A DNA stretch of 64,000 nucleotides from an uncultured bacterium (GTDB lineage: Bacteria > Acidobacteriota > Thermoanaerobaculia > Multivoradales > JAHZIX01): NCBI GenBank assembly GCA_965368975.1, contig CBDUPA010000010.1, positions 128,001 through 192,000 of the forward strand, given 5' to 3'. Position numbers and translations under genes: made by a program. The notes under the pieces were generated by a model. That model saw nothing but the letters and a program-made list of their open reading frames with translations. It searched no databases and was not told where the DNA came from. Every line of letters begins with the position of its first letter. Within the stretch, counting starts at the first letter, position 1. Below, piece by piece: positions 20,149-30,250 of this stretch.

Positions 20149-21282
20149 ATGCTCCGTTCCTCTTCGCCGCCCCGGCGCCACCTAGCACTACTAGGCCCTT
20201 CTCTCGCGGGAGGAGGTGCTGAGCGCACTCTGCTGCACCTGACGATGGGCTATGCCGAGCAGGGACATCAGATCGACTTGCTGCTCTGCCGGGCAACCGG
20301 GCAGTACCTGGACAAGGTGCCGCCCGGCGTCAACATCGTGGACATGGCGGCCAAGCGCGTGGCCGCCTGCTTGCCGGCGCTGGCACGCTACCTACGCCGG
20401 CAGCGCCCCGACGGGCTCATTGCCGTGACCAGCGACGTGGCGCTGATCGCTCTGATGGCGCGCAGGCTGGCACGTGTGGACGTCCCGATCGTGGCGCGTC
20501 AGCAGATCACACCTCGCTGTTACTCTCTGCACACCTACCCCTTCCGGTGGCGCGCACGCCTGATGCGTCCACTGATGCGCTGGCTTTACCCCAAGGCGAC
20601 CTCGGTTGTCGGCGTCTCGAAGGGAACCGCACGCGACACGGAAGAGTTCGCTCAGCTGGCAGCCGGTAGCGCGCGCGTCGTCTACAGCCCGATCATCCGT
20701 CCTGGTCTGGACCAACTCGCGCAGCAATCCGTCGAACACCCGTGGTTGCAGCCGGCAGCAGACATTCCCGTTATCGTCTCGGCAGGTCGATTACACCCGC
20801 AGAAAGACTTCTCGACGCTGCTGCGGGCCTTCGCCCGAGTGCGCCAACAACGCCCGGCACGACTGCTGATCCTCGGCCAGGGCCCCGAACGCGCGACTCT
20901 CGAACAGTTGCGCAGTGAGCTGGGCCTGGACGCAGACGTCGATCTTCCCGGATTCGTCGACAACCCTTACGCCCACCTCGCCAAAGCGAGTCTCTTTGTT
21001 CTCTCGTCGCGCTGGGAAGGCTTGCCGACCGTCTTGGTCGAGGCCCTCTTCTGTGGCCTGCCGGTCGTGGCTACCGATGGTGCTGGTGACGGTGCACGCG
21101 AGGTTCTCCAAGACGGCGAATGGGGGCGCCTCGTTCCGGTGGGCGACATCGAGGCGCTGGCGGCAGCCATGCTTGGCGGTCTCGAAGGCAACCTGCCGAC
21201 GCCATCGGCCGCAACCTGGCAGCCCTTTACGCTCCAAGCGGCGCTGGACGGCTATCTACAGGCGCTGGCTCTGGTTCCGTAA
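20149..21282 (+). CDS. Glycosyltransferase family 4 (WabH-like)
   Basis: GGGAER, AGRLHPQKDF and SSRWEGLPTVLVEAL motifs. Confidence 0.88.
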   Translation: MLRSSSPPRRHLALLGPSLAGGGAERTLLHLTMGYAEQGHQIDLLLCRATGQYLDKVPPGVNIVDMAAKRVAACLPALARYLRRQRPDGLIAVTSDVALIALMARRLARVDVPIVARQQITPRCYSLHTYPFRWRARLMRPLMRWLYPKATSVVGVSKGTARDTEEFAQLAAGSARVVYSPIIRPGLDQLAQQSVEHPWLQPAADIPVIVSAGRLHPQKDFSTLLRAFARVRQQRPARLLILGQGPERATLEQLRSELGLDADVDLPGFVDNPYAHLAKASLFVLSSRWEGLPTVLVEALFCGLPVVATDGAGDGAREVLQDGEWGRLVPVGDIEALAAAMLGGLEGNLPTPSAATWQPFTLQAALDGYLQALALVP

Positions 21283-22573
21283 CTACGGCCGGGGACCTAG
21301 GAGCCCCCAGCAGCGCCTGCGTCAGGCTGCACCCCCAGAGCAGCAGGATCGCCCGATCGTGGACTACGGTGTGATCCACCATGCCACTGGCGGCAACCAG
21401 GAGGATCAGCACCAAGCCCGCTCGAAATCCAGCGCGCCAGAAGATCGCGAAACTCACCCCGAGCAGACAGAGATAGGCGAACAATCCAGGCAGGCCGAGA
21501 TTGACCCACAAGTCCATGTAGACGTTGTGCGGCCGTTGCTCGAAGCTCATCGAGAACGCAGTACCGTGCCCCCAGATCGGTTGCTCTCCAATCAGGGTGA
21601 GGTAGTCGTCGATCAAATCTTGGCGGTGATCCATCTTGGATAGGATGTCTTGCCCGAGGAACATGCCCAACCGCTGCTGCGCCTGATACCGACCGAACAT
21701 TCCGGGAGCATGTCGGAGCGCCAAGACCGACAGCGCCAGCACACCCACGATCGAGACCATGACGAGCCCGGCCACCACCAGCTTGCGCACCGGTATGCGA
21801 ACAGGCCCATCGGTGCCATCGGGGCGCACCGCAATCGAGACACAGTAGGCAAGGAGGAGCAAGAAGAAGAGCACGGCTCCTCCGCGAGACAGCGTGGCCA
21901 CGACTCCGGCGGCGGTCAACAACAGGCGCACGATGTCCCACCCGCGTAGGCGACGGTAGTACAGTCGCAGGCAGCACAGCAGCACGAGAATCGTCGCCGC
22001 GTTGTTCGCAACCTCGGCGAAGCCAGCGGCCCGTGCCAGCTGCTTGGACAGCGTACCCGGCTGGTATACGTCGACGGCAATCGAGGTCAAGAGCACGAGC
22101 CACGCCAGATCGATGGCCTTGGGCAGGTGACGGCGCAGCAACGGCGAAGTCGAGAGGAAGGCACCCGACAGCAGAATCCCGAAGTCCACCACGAGGAGCA
22201 GGATCTGTGTCAAGCCTCCTTCCCAGTAGGCCCGCGGTCGCGCCGCCTGCAGCAAGGAAATCGCCACCAACGCCCCAAACGACGCGAGAACTGGATTCAT
22301 GCCTGCCAGCAGCCGCCGCCAGTCCCGGTACGCTTGCACTCGTCCCACGCCCTCGGCGAGGGTGAAGACAGCGAACACAAGCGTACTGGCCCCCCACAGA
22401 AGGACCGGCCGTACCGGTAGCAGCTGCTGCTTGAACAACCAGTTGGCGGCGTAGGTGGCAAATAGAGCGAAGTGCAGACCCCACAAGGCCAGTAGCAGGC
22501 TGGAACCAAGATCGCTGAGTGGCAGACGCAGCAGCGCCGCTGACCGTGCAGCCCAACGCTGGCCTAGGCTCAA
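21227..22573 (-). CDS. O-antigen polymerase/ligase (Wzy/WaaL) family membrane protein
   Basis: About 11 TM segments; TLSRGG; PIWGHG..PHNVY..WVNLGLPG; likely TTG start in a TTGA overlap with the upstream stop. Confidence 0.8.
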   Translation of the reverse strand: MSLGQRWAARSAALLRLPLSDLGSSLLLALWGLHFALFATYAANWLFKQQLLPVRPVLLWGASTLVFAVFTLAEGVGRVQAYRDWRRLLAGMNPVLASFGALVAISLLQAARPRAYWEGGLTQILLLVVDFGILLSGAFLSTSPLLRRHLPKAIDLAWLVLLTSIAVDVYQPGTLSKQLARAAGFAEVANNAATILVLLCCLRLYYRRLRGWDIVRLLLTAAGVVATLSRGGAVLFFLLLLAYCVSIAVRPDGTDGPVRIPVRKLVVAGLVMVSIVGVLALSVLALRHAPGMFGRYQAQQRLGMFLGQDILSKMDHRQDLIDDYLTLIGEQPIWGHGTAFSMSFEQRPHNVYMDLWVNLGLPGLFAYLCLLGVSFAIFWRAGFRAGLVLILLVAASGMVDHTVVHDRAILLLWGCSLTQALLGAPRSPAVVTEPEPAPVDSRPAPLGA

Positions 22574-23679
22574 GGGAGGACTCCGGGCAGCGCGGCCGGT
22601 ACCAGGGAATCGGGGAGGCGGAAGCAAGAGAAGATCACATTCAGGCCGGCCCCTTCGGTATCGGCCTCCCACAGCAGCTGCTCCCGGCCCAGATCATAGA
22701 GTGCAACTCGACTGGCGCAAAGAGTTCCGGTGTTGCCGCCAAGACGGCGTCGCAACCAGCGCAAGTTCTGCCGGAAACGTGTCGGCCGCAAGCGCGAAAA
22801 ACCGACCAAGACCCGCTCGTCGTCCCACACGTCGAGTCCCCTGCACCAGCCCAACGGCCCGTCCTTACCGGAGAAGCTGTTCAGATTGCTGACGCGAGCG
22901 TCCGACGAACCGTCGGCATCCACCGCGACGATATGGCCGTCGACGGTGGTGAAGTACACGTGACGACCATGGACGACACCGTCGTGAGGCCGCTCTCGAT
23001 CGATCGCCAGTCGGCGAACAGCCCGATCCAGACCTGGAACGCCGCCCAAACGCACCGCGTCGCGCTGCTCGAAACGGGTGGCCCAGATCTCGGGGTGCGC
23101 CGGATCCCCCAATTCGAAGACGAAGTTCGGATGCGCGAGGTGGGGTTTGGTGGTCACTACCTTACGATAATCGATCGCGGGATCGAACCGAGCCCACGGA
23201 TCCTCTCCCAGCACATTCCAGACCTCGACGACTTCCCCTGCGGTCGTCATCTCCAACACCATGTCGAGTCCGGTGTTGGCAATCAGGAGGTTGCCGTTGG
23301 CGCGTGGCCGGACGTGGTGGACATCGTTGAACCACGGGTGAGTCAGGTAGCCGACCCTCTCGAACCCAGGTAACCGGTAGATCAGAATCTCGGTCTGCGT
23401 ACACACGTAGAGATGATCGTCGCGGAGAGTCGCGGCCTTGAACAGGATGCTCGGCCGGTCGTCAGCACAAACTTCTGGCGGCGACTCGTACTCCAACAAG
23501 GTCCGCCAACTGCCGTCCGCGAGGTCGCCGAGACAGATGGTCGCGAGGCCAGTACTGTGCCACTCGGGAACATCCAGAGCATTGCGCCGCTGCCGCCCGC
23601 CAACAGCCAGAATGTAGCGGCCGTCTTGGCGCAGTTCGGTCTTGGCGTTCGACGCGTCGAGGGAACGGGGCATAGACAT
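22570..23679 (-). CDS. Hypothetical beta-propeller protein in glycan locus
   Basis: Operonic overlaps on both sides; repeated beta-blade pattern (LYVCT, LLIANTG, VYFTT, WCRGL); conserved-looking His motifs NDVHH, AHPN and PHDG. Confidence 0.65.
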   Translation of the reverse strand: MSMPRSLDASNAKTELRQDGRYILAVGGRQRRNALDVPEWHSTGLATICLGDLADGSWRTLLEYESPPEVCADDRPSILFKAATLRDDHLYVCTQTEILIYRLPGFERVGYLTHPWFNDVHHVRPRANGNLLIANTGLDMVLEMTTAGEVVEVWNVLGEDPWARFDPAIDYRKVVTTKPHLAHPNFVFELGDPAHPEIWATRFEQRDAVRLGGVPGLDRAVRRLAIDRERPHDGVVHGRHVYFTTVDGHIVAVDADGSSDARVSNLNSFSGKDGPLGWCRGLDVWDDERVLVGFSRLRPTRFRQNLRWLRRRLGGNTGTLCASRVALYDLGREQLLWEADTEGAGLNVIFSCFRLPDSLVPAALPGVLP

Positions 23680-25922
23680 CAGGTCTTCCGGCGCCAGCGA
23701 TCCAGGTCGAGCCCGGTCAGAGCTTCGAGTTCGTCGATCTTGGGAGCGAAGTACCTGTTCAGGCGCTCCCGCGTCTCGGTGCGCATCGGCGGATAGGTCA
23801 AACTTCTGAGATTGACGCGATCCACCAACGCCACCAAGCGAGGCAGACGCTCGCGCAGCGGCAGGAAGAAGCGTTGCAGGATCGGCAGTCGCGGTTCGAG
23901 AGCTGCGTTCCGATGCTGTGGTTTGGCCAGCGGCTGCGGTTCCAGATCCAGGAAGCGCCAGACCTGGTCCATCAACGCCCTCGGGTCTTGCCCCAAGTCG
24001 TCCTGCAGCACGATCAGGATCTGCTCGCGCTCGAAGATCTCAAAGTAGCGCCGAATCTGGTGCGCATAGTCTCCACGCGCCAGATACGAGAAGTTACGCC
24101 GATCCCGGTTGCCTTGGTCGATCCGCTCGGCTTCCCGTTCGAGCGCTTGCTCGAAGCTCAGGGTCTCGAAGCCGTATCGTCGCTGGTGCCAATAGTGCGA
24201 GTATGCGCGATCGACCGGGTGCCGCAGGATGAAGAGCAGGCGCGCCTCGGGCAAGACGGCGTGCAACCGCAGCGGCACGCGTGGCTCGAAGAGGTACAGT
24301 GGCGACGTCTGAGCGACGATGCGTTCCCCGTTCCAACCCTGAAACAGGGACCGGTACCAGTCCAGGCCACGCGCATAGTGAGCGTCGATGTCGAAGAAGT
24401 GGATCTCTTGCGGTTTCGGTGGAAGGTAGATGTCCGGGTGCTGCGCCAGCATGTAGTGCAGCGATGTCGTCCCCGAGCGCTGGGCACCGCCGATCACGAG
24501 ATTCGGCAGCGGCGCCGAGGCCGCTGCTGGTGGCGCGTCCCGACCGACGAACGAATCGAGCAGAAGGCGCAGTCCGCCGATGGGTCCCAATGGATCGCCA
24601 GAGACCGGAGCAAAGATCGACGAATTGATACCGAGGCGTCGACGCACCTCCCACCAGGTCCAGAGGTTCTTGAGCGCGATCAAGATCGACGTGACCGCAG
24701 CGGCACCTTCGAGACCAAACATGTAGACCGCGGGTACGTTGAAGAGCAGATTCAGTACGACCGTCACACTCATGATGCGGGCACTGACCTGGGCATTGCC
24801 CGTCATGTTCAGCAGGTAGCCGACCGGACCGGTACCGGCACTGACGAGCTGCCCCAGAGCCATGATCCACAAAACGGCCAAGCCGTGGCCATAGCTGGGA
24901 TCGAAGAACTCGAGCAAGGGCCCACCCAACGCCAACAGCAGCACCGCCAACAGCACGGCGATCAGACTTGCGCCCCAGACACTGAGACTGACAATTCGCT
25001 GCAACTCGAGCGTCTTCTTCTGGGCGTGCAGCTCGGAAATCAAGGGGGCCGCGATCGTGTTGCCCGCCGTCAAACCGAAGGGAATCAGGCCCGTCAGCCG
25101 CGTGGCGAGAAAGTACAGACCGACCTCCGTGCGACCGACCAGAATGCCGATCACCAGAACGTCGACCTGATTGAGCAACGGGCTGAGGCCGGACACCAAC
25201 AAGAGTGAGCGAGATTCGCGCCACCAGCGGCCGAGATCGTAGACCGGCGTCGCACGCGACACCTCGGATGGTACTGCCGAGGACTGCCAGAACAGCGCTA
25301 CGACCCAGGCACTGAGCGAGCCGAGCACCAGCAACAGGACTCCCAGCGGCGCCTCGGGGACAAACTCCTGGCCCGCAAGCTCGGCGAGCAGCAAGGCGAA
25401 ACCGACCGAGGCGAGCGTCACGGTCGGGCGTAGTACCTGCTCCGGCAACTGGGCACGTACGACATGCCGCAAGCCGCGCAGCGTGCCCGTCGGGATACCG
25501 AGTAAGGTTCCTATCAGCACCAGAGCGCTCATCCACAGCGCGGCCTGGAACTCCTGCGGTGCCAGCGAGTCTCCGATCACCAGCGCCACCAACGCCACCA
25601 CGGCGCCGAGCAGGACACCCGAACAGGTGGCGATCTGCCAGGCGCGCCGCAGCAGGCCGTGGAACAAATCCCAGCGTGCTTCCACCCGGTACTGCGCGAC
25701 GAAACGCACCATCGCGGTGTCCAGGCCCAGCCGCGCAAAGAGCACGATCACCTGCGACCAGACAAGCAAGTACGCAACGATGCCGTACTGCGTTGCCCCC
25801 AGCCAGCGCACGAGGATCCAGTGCAGCAGCAGCTGCAGCGCCATCCCAGCAGCGCGCACGGCGAAACTCGCCGTGGCGCCCCGCACGAGAACCGTATCGA
25901 GCTCGTGGCGCCCCGCCTTCAC
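23679..25922 (-). CDS. Wzx-type flippase fused to a C-terminal sulfotransferase
   Basis: First ~440 aa are an MOP/Wzx multi-TM region. C-terminal ~275 aa carry IGGAQRSGTTSL, EIHFFD, ILRHPVDRAYSHY and YLARGDY. Confidence 0.85.
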   Translation of the reverse strand: MKAGRHELDTVLVRGATASFAVRAAGMALQLLLHWILVRWLGATQYGIVAYLLVWSQVIVLFARLGLDTAMVRFVAQYRVEARWDLFHGLLRRAWQIATCSGVLLGAVVALVALVIGDSLAPQEFQAALWMSALVLIGTLLGIPTGTLRGLRHVVRAQLPEQVLRPTVTLASVGFALLLAELAGQEFVPEAPLGVLLLVLGSLSAWVVALFWQSSAVPSEVSRATPVYDLGRWWRESRSLLLVSGLSPLLNQVDVLVIGILVGRTEVGLYFLATRLTGLIPFGLTAGNTIAAPLISELHAQKKTLELQRIVSLSVWGASLIAVLLAVLLLALGGPLLEFFDPSYGHGLAVLWIMALGQLVSAGTGPVGYLLNMTGNAQVSARIMSVTVVLNLLFNVPAVYMFGLEGAAAVTSILIALKNLWTWWEVRRRLGINSSIFAPVSGDPLGPIGGLRLLLDSFVGRDAPPAAASAPLPNLVIGGAQRSGTTSLHYMLAQHPDIYLPPKPQEIHFFDIDAHYARGLDWYRSLFQGWNGERIVAQTSPLYLFEPRVPLRLHAVLPEARLLFILRHPVDRAYSHYWHQRRYGFETLSFEQALEREAERIDQGNRDRRNFSYLARGDYAHQIRRYFEIFEREQILIVLQDDLGQDPRALMDQVWRFLDLEPQPLAKPQHRNAALEPRLPILQRFFLPLRERLPRLVALVDRVNLRSLTYPPMRTETRERLNRYFAPKIDELEALTGLDLDRWRRKT

Positions 25923-26959
25923 CGAGCCGCCTCTCCTTCGGCCACCGAAGGCGCCAGGTAGTCGTCAGCGGTGTACTGCAAGCCCTCTTCGAGCGCTACC
26001 GTGGGACGGTAGCCCAACGCTCGCGTGCTGCGCGCCAGATCCGCCAGCGACGCGCGCACGTCGCCGGCGCGCGGCGGCTCGTGGATCGCCTCGGGACCGC
26101 TGCCGACGACATCGCGGATCGTCGATGCCAGCTCCAACACCGTAGTGCCGCGACCGCCGCCGACGTTGTAGACCGCTTCCTCGGTGCTCACCGCTGCCGC
26201 GGGCGCACTGCCGGCCAGCAGGTTGGCACGCACCGCGTCGGCGACGAAGGTGAAGTCGCGACTCTGGCCGCCGTCGCCGTAGATGACCGGCGCCTGGCCC
26301 TCGACCAGCGCCTGGAAGAAGCGCGGAATGACCGCCGCGTAGGGCCCCTTCGGACTCTGCCGCGGGCCGTAGACATTGAAGTACCGCAGACCCGCGATCT
26401 GCATGCCGTAGCAGCGCCGGAAGACCTGGGCGAGTTCCTCGTTCATCGCCTTGGACAGGGCGTAGGGTGACAGTGGCTCCCCTTCCTGACCTTCCGTGCG
26501 TGGCAGACGCGGGTCCTCGCCGTAGACGCTCGATGACGAAGCGTAGACCACGCGCTCGACCTCGGCGTCGCGGGCGGCGGCGAATACGTTGGCAGTGCCA
26601 CTGACGTTGATCGCCAGGCTGGTCGCAGGATCGGCCATTGATCTAGGTACCGAGCCGCGCGCCGCCTGGTGGAACACGTGGCTGACGCCCTCGGCGGCCC
26701 GCTGGCACGCGGCGAGGTCACGGATATCGCCCTCGACCCACTCCAACCGGCCCACGGCTTGCGCGGCCTGCAGGTTCTCCACGCGGCCGCTCGACAGATC
26801 GTCGAGCACCCGCACTTCGGCACCGGCGCCGAGCAGAGCGTCGACCAGGTGCGAGCCAATGAAGCCGGCCCCGCCGGTCACCAACACCCGCTTTCCTCGC
26901 CAGACGGCGAGGTCCAGGTCTCGGCTGTAGTCGTGGTCAAGCTTTGACGACATTCTCAT
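25919..26959 (-). CDS. UDP-GlcNAc(A) 4-epimerase (WbpP-like SDR)
   Basis: TGGAGFIGS, HQAARGSVPRS, YASSSSVYG, SPYALSK and LRYFNVYGPRQ motifs. Confidence 0.9.
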   Translation of the reverse strand: MRMSSKLDHDYSRDLDLAVWRGKRVLVTGGAGFIGSHLVDALLGAGAEVRVLDDLSSGRVENLQAAQAVGRLEWVEGDIRDLAACQRAAEGVSHVFHQAARGSVPRSMADPATSLAINVSGTANVFAAARDAEVERVVYASSSSVYGEDPRLPRTEGQEGEPLSPYALSKAMNEELAQVFRRCYGMQIAGLRYFNVYGPRQSPKGPYAAVIPRFFQALVEGQAPVIYGDGGQSRDFTFVADAVRANLLAGSAPAAAVSTEEAVYNVGGGRGTTVLELASTIRDVVGSGPEAIHEPPRAGDVRASLADLARSTRALGYRPTVALEEGLQYTADDYLAPSVAEGEAAR

Positions 26960-28256
26960 GCTCCTCGCGGTACATGCCGCGCGTGTCGAGGATCAAAGGG
27001 GCGTGCTCCAGCACAGCCTGGTAATCGACGCCCGAATGATCGGTGATCAGCAGCACGGCGTCGGCGGCGCGCAGCGTCTCCGGCTCGAGCTCCCGCGACT
27101 CCATGGCGGGCAGGTTCGGCCAGGTGCGCATCGTCGGCGCCACCGGCACGTGCGGATCGTGGTACTGGATCTCGGCGCCGAGTTCGAGGAGCTGATCGAT
27201 GATCTCGAACGCCGGACTCTCGCGCGGATCGTCGATGTCCTTCTTGTAAGCCAGCCCGAGAATGAGCACCCGGCTGCCATGCACCGTCTTGCCGCGACGG
27301 TTGAGCGCGCGAACGAGCTTGTCGACTACGTAGCGCGGCATCTCGACGTTGACTTGCCCGGCCAGCTCGACGAAGCGTGGTGTCACGCCATGCTCCCGCG
27401 CCTTCCACGAGAGGTAGAAAGGGTCGACCGGAATACAGTGGCCACCCCAGCCTGGACCGGGCGTGAAGCGCACGAAGCCGAACGGCTTGGTAGCAGCGGC
27501 GTCGAGCACGTCCCACACGTCGATACCCATGGCGTCGTAGACCACCTTGAGCTCATTGACCAACGCGATGTTGACGGCTCGGAAGATGTTCTCGGTCAGC
27601 TTTGTGGCCTCGGCGGTGCGCGCGTTGGCCACGCGTACGGCGCGGGTGAACGCACGGCTGTACACGGCCTCGGCGAGATCCCCCGAGATCTCGTCGACAC
27701 CGCCGACAACCTTGGGAATGTCGCGCGTGGTGAACTTCTCGTTGCCGGGATCCTCGCGCTCAGGCGAAAAGGCGAGAAAGAAGTCTTCACCACACGTCAA
27801 ACCGCCGGCTTCCAGCCGCGGGCACAGGAGCTCACCCGTGGTACCGGGGTAGGTCGTCGACTCGAGAATCACCAACTGACCGGACCGGAGCCGCGACGCC
27901 AGCGTGTCGGCCGTGCGCTCCAGGTAGCTCAGGTCCGGTTCCCGGTGCGCGGTCAGCGGCGTCGGCACGCAGATGATCACCACGTCGACATCGGCCAGGC
28001 GGTCGAAGTCGGCGCTGGCACTGAAGCGCTGAGCCGCCTGCATATCGTGCAGACGCTGGGCATCGAGGTGACGGATGTAGCAACGACCCTCGGCCAGAGC
28101 TTCGATCTTCGCCTGGTCGACATCGAAGCCGAGCACCGTATACCCAGCCTCGGCGAAGGTCAGGGCCACGGGCAAACCCACATAGCCAAGACCGATGACG
28201 CCCAAGCGGGCCGAACCGTTGCCGATACTCTCTGCCAGCTTGGCAGCGTGACTCAT
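26937..28256 (-). CDS. UDP-N-acetyl-hexosamine 6-dehydrogenase (WbpA/WecC family)
   Basis: GLGYVGLP, CVPTP, ESTTYPGTT, SPEREDPGN and GGHCIPVDP motifs. Confidence 0.92.
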   Translation of the reverse strand: MSHAAKLAESIGNGSARLGVIGLGYVGLPVALTFAEAGYTVLGFDVDQAKIEALAEGRCYIRHLDAQRLHDMQAAQRFSASADFDRLADVDVVIICVPTPLTAHREPDLSYLERTADTLASRLRSGQLVILESTTYPGTTGELLCPRLEAGGLTCGEDFFLAFSPEREDPGNEKFTTRDIPKVVGGVDEISGDLAEAVYSRAFTRAVRVANARTAEATKLTENIFRAVNIALVNELKVVYDAMGIDVWDVLDAAATKPFGFVRFTPGPGWGGHCIPVDPFYLSWKAREHGVTPRFVELAGQVNVEMPRYVVDKLVRALNRRGKTVHGSRVLILGLAYKKDIDDPRESPAFEIIDQLLELGAEIQYHDPHVPVAPTMRTWPNLPAMESRELEPETLRAADAVLLITDHSGVDYQAVLEHAPLILDTRGMYREEHENVVKA

Positions 28257-28283
28257 GGTCGCATACTCCTCAGGTTTCCAGCT

Positions 28284-30014
28284 CTAGGTGTCCAGCTGGG
28301 CTCCGATATAGCCTTCGCTTTCCAAGTGCAGTAGCACCTGTTGGGCAGCTTCCTCCGGACTCACGTCGGTGGTGTCGAGGTGGACCTCCGCGTCAGCGGG
28401 TTCTTCGTAGGGGTCCGAAATGCCGGTGAACTCGGCAATGATACCCGCCCGCGCCTTGGCGTACAGTCCCTTGCGGTCCCGCCCTTCACAGGTCTCGAGC
28501 GGCGTCGCCACGTGCACCAGCACGAAACCACCCCCCGCCTCCACCATCTGCCGCACTTCGCGGCGCACATCGTCGTACGGCGCGATCGGCGCGCACAACG
28601 CGATGCCACCGTTCTTGGTGATCTCGGAAGCGACGAAGCCGATGCGCCGGATGTTGATGTCGCGGTGCTCCTTGGAGAAGCCCAGCTCCGACGACAGGTT
28701 CGTGCGCACGATGTCGCCGTCGAGCAGCGTGACCGGGCGCCCCCCCATTTCCATCAGTTTGGTCATCAGCACATTGGCGACCGTCGACTTGCCCGCTCCC
28801 GAGAGGCCGGTGAAAAAGACGGTGAAACCCTGCCTGTGGCGCGGCGGGAAGGTCCTACGCAGCTCCTGCGCCACCTCCGAGAAGGTGAACCATTCTGGCA
28901 ACTCCCGGCCATCGGCCAGGCGTCGCCGCAACTGGGTACCAGACAGAGTCAGAACGCGTTCCCCATCGCGCACCTCGTCCTCGGTGACGTACTTGTCGCG
29001 CTCTTCGACGTACACCATCATGCGGAACGGCACCATCTCGATCGCCAGCTCTTCCTGGTGCGCACGCAGCAACTCCTGCGCATCGTACGGACCATAGAAC
29101 GGCTTGCCCTCCGCGTCGACCCCTGGGCCGGCATGGTCGCGGCCAACGATGAAGTGACTGCAGCCGTAGTTCTTGCGGATGATCGCGTGCCACAGCGCCT
29201 CGCGCGGCCCGGCCATGCGCATCGCCAGCGGCAGCAGCGACAGGGCCACCGTCTGCTGCGGATAGCGACCGAGCACGGCCTGGTAGGCGCGCACCCGCGT
29301 GTAGTGATCGACATCACCCGGCTTGGTCAAACCGACCACCGGATGGATGAGCAGGTTGGCCTCCAGATCGCGAGCGGCGCGCAGGGTCAGTTCCTGGTGC
29401 GCACGGTGCATCGGGTTGCGCGTCTGGAACGCGACCACCTTGCGCCAGCCCATGCGCGAAAGTTCGAAGCGCAGCTCGGCCGGCGTGTGGCGCAGCGTCC
29501 GGAAGTCGTAGTGCACTGGCGCCTCGACGCCCTCGACACGGCCACCCAAGTACACCGGCCGGGTCGCGTCCAGCAGTTGCGCGACGCCCGGATGATGGCG
29601 ATCCCGCGTGCCGTAGACCGCTTCGGCCTCGACCTCGCGGTCCGGCGTCCAGATGTCCTCGACGTGCAGCACCGCCAGCATGACACCTTCCGGATCGCGC
29701 AACGCGACCTTGCCACCGGTGGCCAGCTCGGCCGCGAACTCTTCGTCCACGTCGAGCATGATCGGGATCGGCCACAGCTCGCCCGATGCCAGGCGCATGT
29801 CCTTGCACACAGCCTCGTAGTCGGCGCGCCCGAGGAAGCCTTCGAGCGGCGAGAAGCCACCGCACAGCAGCAGCTCGAGGTCGCGGAGCTGACGCGGCGT
29901 CAGGCTCAGGGACAACCAGTCGCGCGAAGCTTCACGCAGTTCAGCGGCCCGCTCGAGGACCGCCATCAAATTGACCAGCTGGCCACCATGAGGAGAGTTC
30001 AAATGTCCGGACAC
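28284..30014 (-). CDS. sat: Bifunctional sulfate adenylyltransferase / adenylylsulfate kinase (PAPS synthase)
   Basis: AFQTRNPMHRAH and HFIVGRDHAG (ATP sulfurylase); FTGLSGAGKST, LDGDIVR and FTGISDPYE (APS kinase). Confidence 0.95.
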   Translation of the reverse strand: MSGHLNSPHGGQLVNLMAVLERAAELREASRDWLSLSLTPRQLRDLELLLCGGFSPLEGFLGRADYEAVCKDMRLASGELWPIPIMLDVDEEFAAELATGGKVALRDPEGVMLAVLHVEDIWTPDREVEAEAVYGTRDRHHPGVAQLLDATRPVYLGGRVEGVEAPVHYDFRTLRHTPAELRFELSRMGWRKVVAFQTRNPMHRAHQELTLRAARDLEANLLIHPVVGLTKPGDVDHYTRVRAYQAVLGRYPQQTVALSLLPLAMRMAGPREALWHAIIRKNYGCSHFIVGRDHAGPGVDAEGKPFYGPYDAQELLRAHQEELAIEMVPFRMMVYVEERDKYVTEDEVRDGERVLTLSGTQLRRRLADGRELPEWFTFSEVAQELRRTFPPRHRQGFTVFFTGLSGAGKSTVANVLMTKLMEMGGRPVTLLDGDIVRTNLSSELGFSKEHRDINIRRIGFVASEITKNGGIALCAPIAPYDDVRREVRQMVEAGGGFVLVHVATPLETCEGRDRKGLYAKARAGIIAEFTGISDPYEEPADAEVHLDTTDVSPEEAAQQVLLHLESEGYIGAQLDT

Positions 30015-30250
30015 GTCGACTCCTTCCTGACTATCTTGTACAGCCGACTCAGTGCTTGATCGTTACAGCTCTCGCGGACAGCGCACTGCCGCACGGGGCG
30101 CGATCGATATGGGGCCCTGGCCACTGGGCCGTGACCCCACGGTGAGCTCAGCCAAGTATGAAGCGTAAATGGGTAGTGAGAATTCGATCCGAGAGAATCG
30201 TGGTGTTGAAACGGGTTTCGAGAGTGAGTTCGCGGTCGGGCCAGCGGGGA

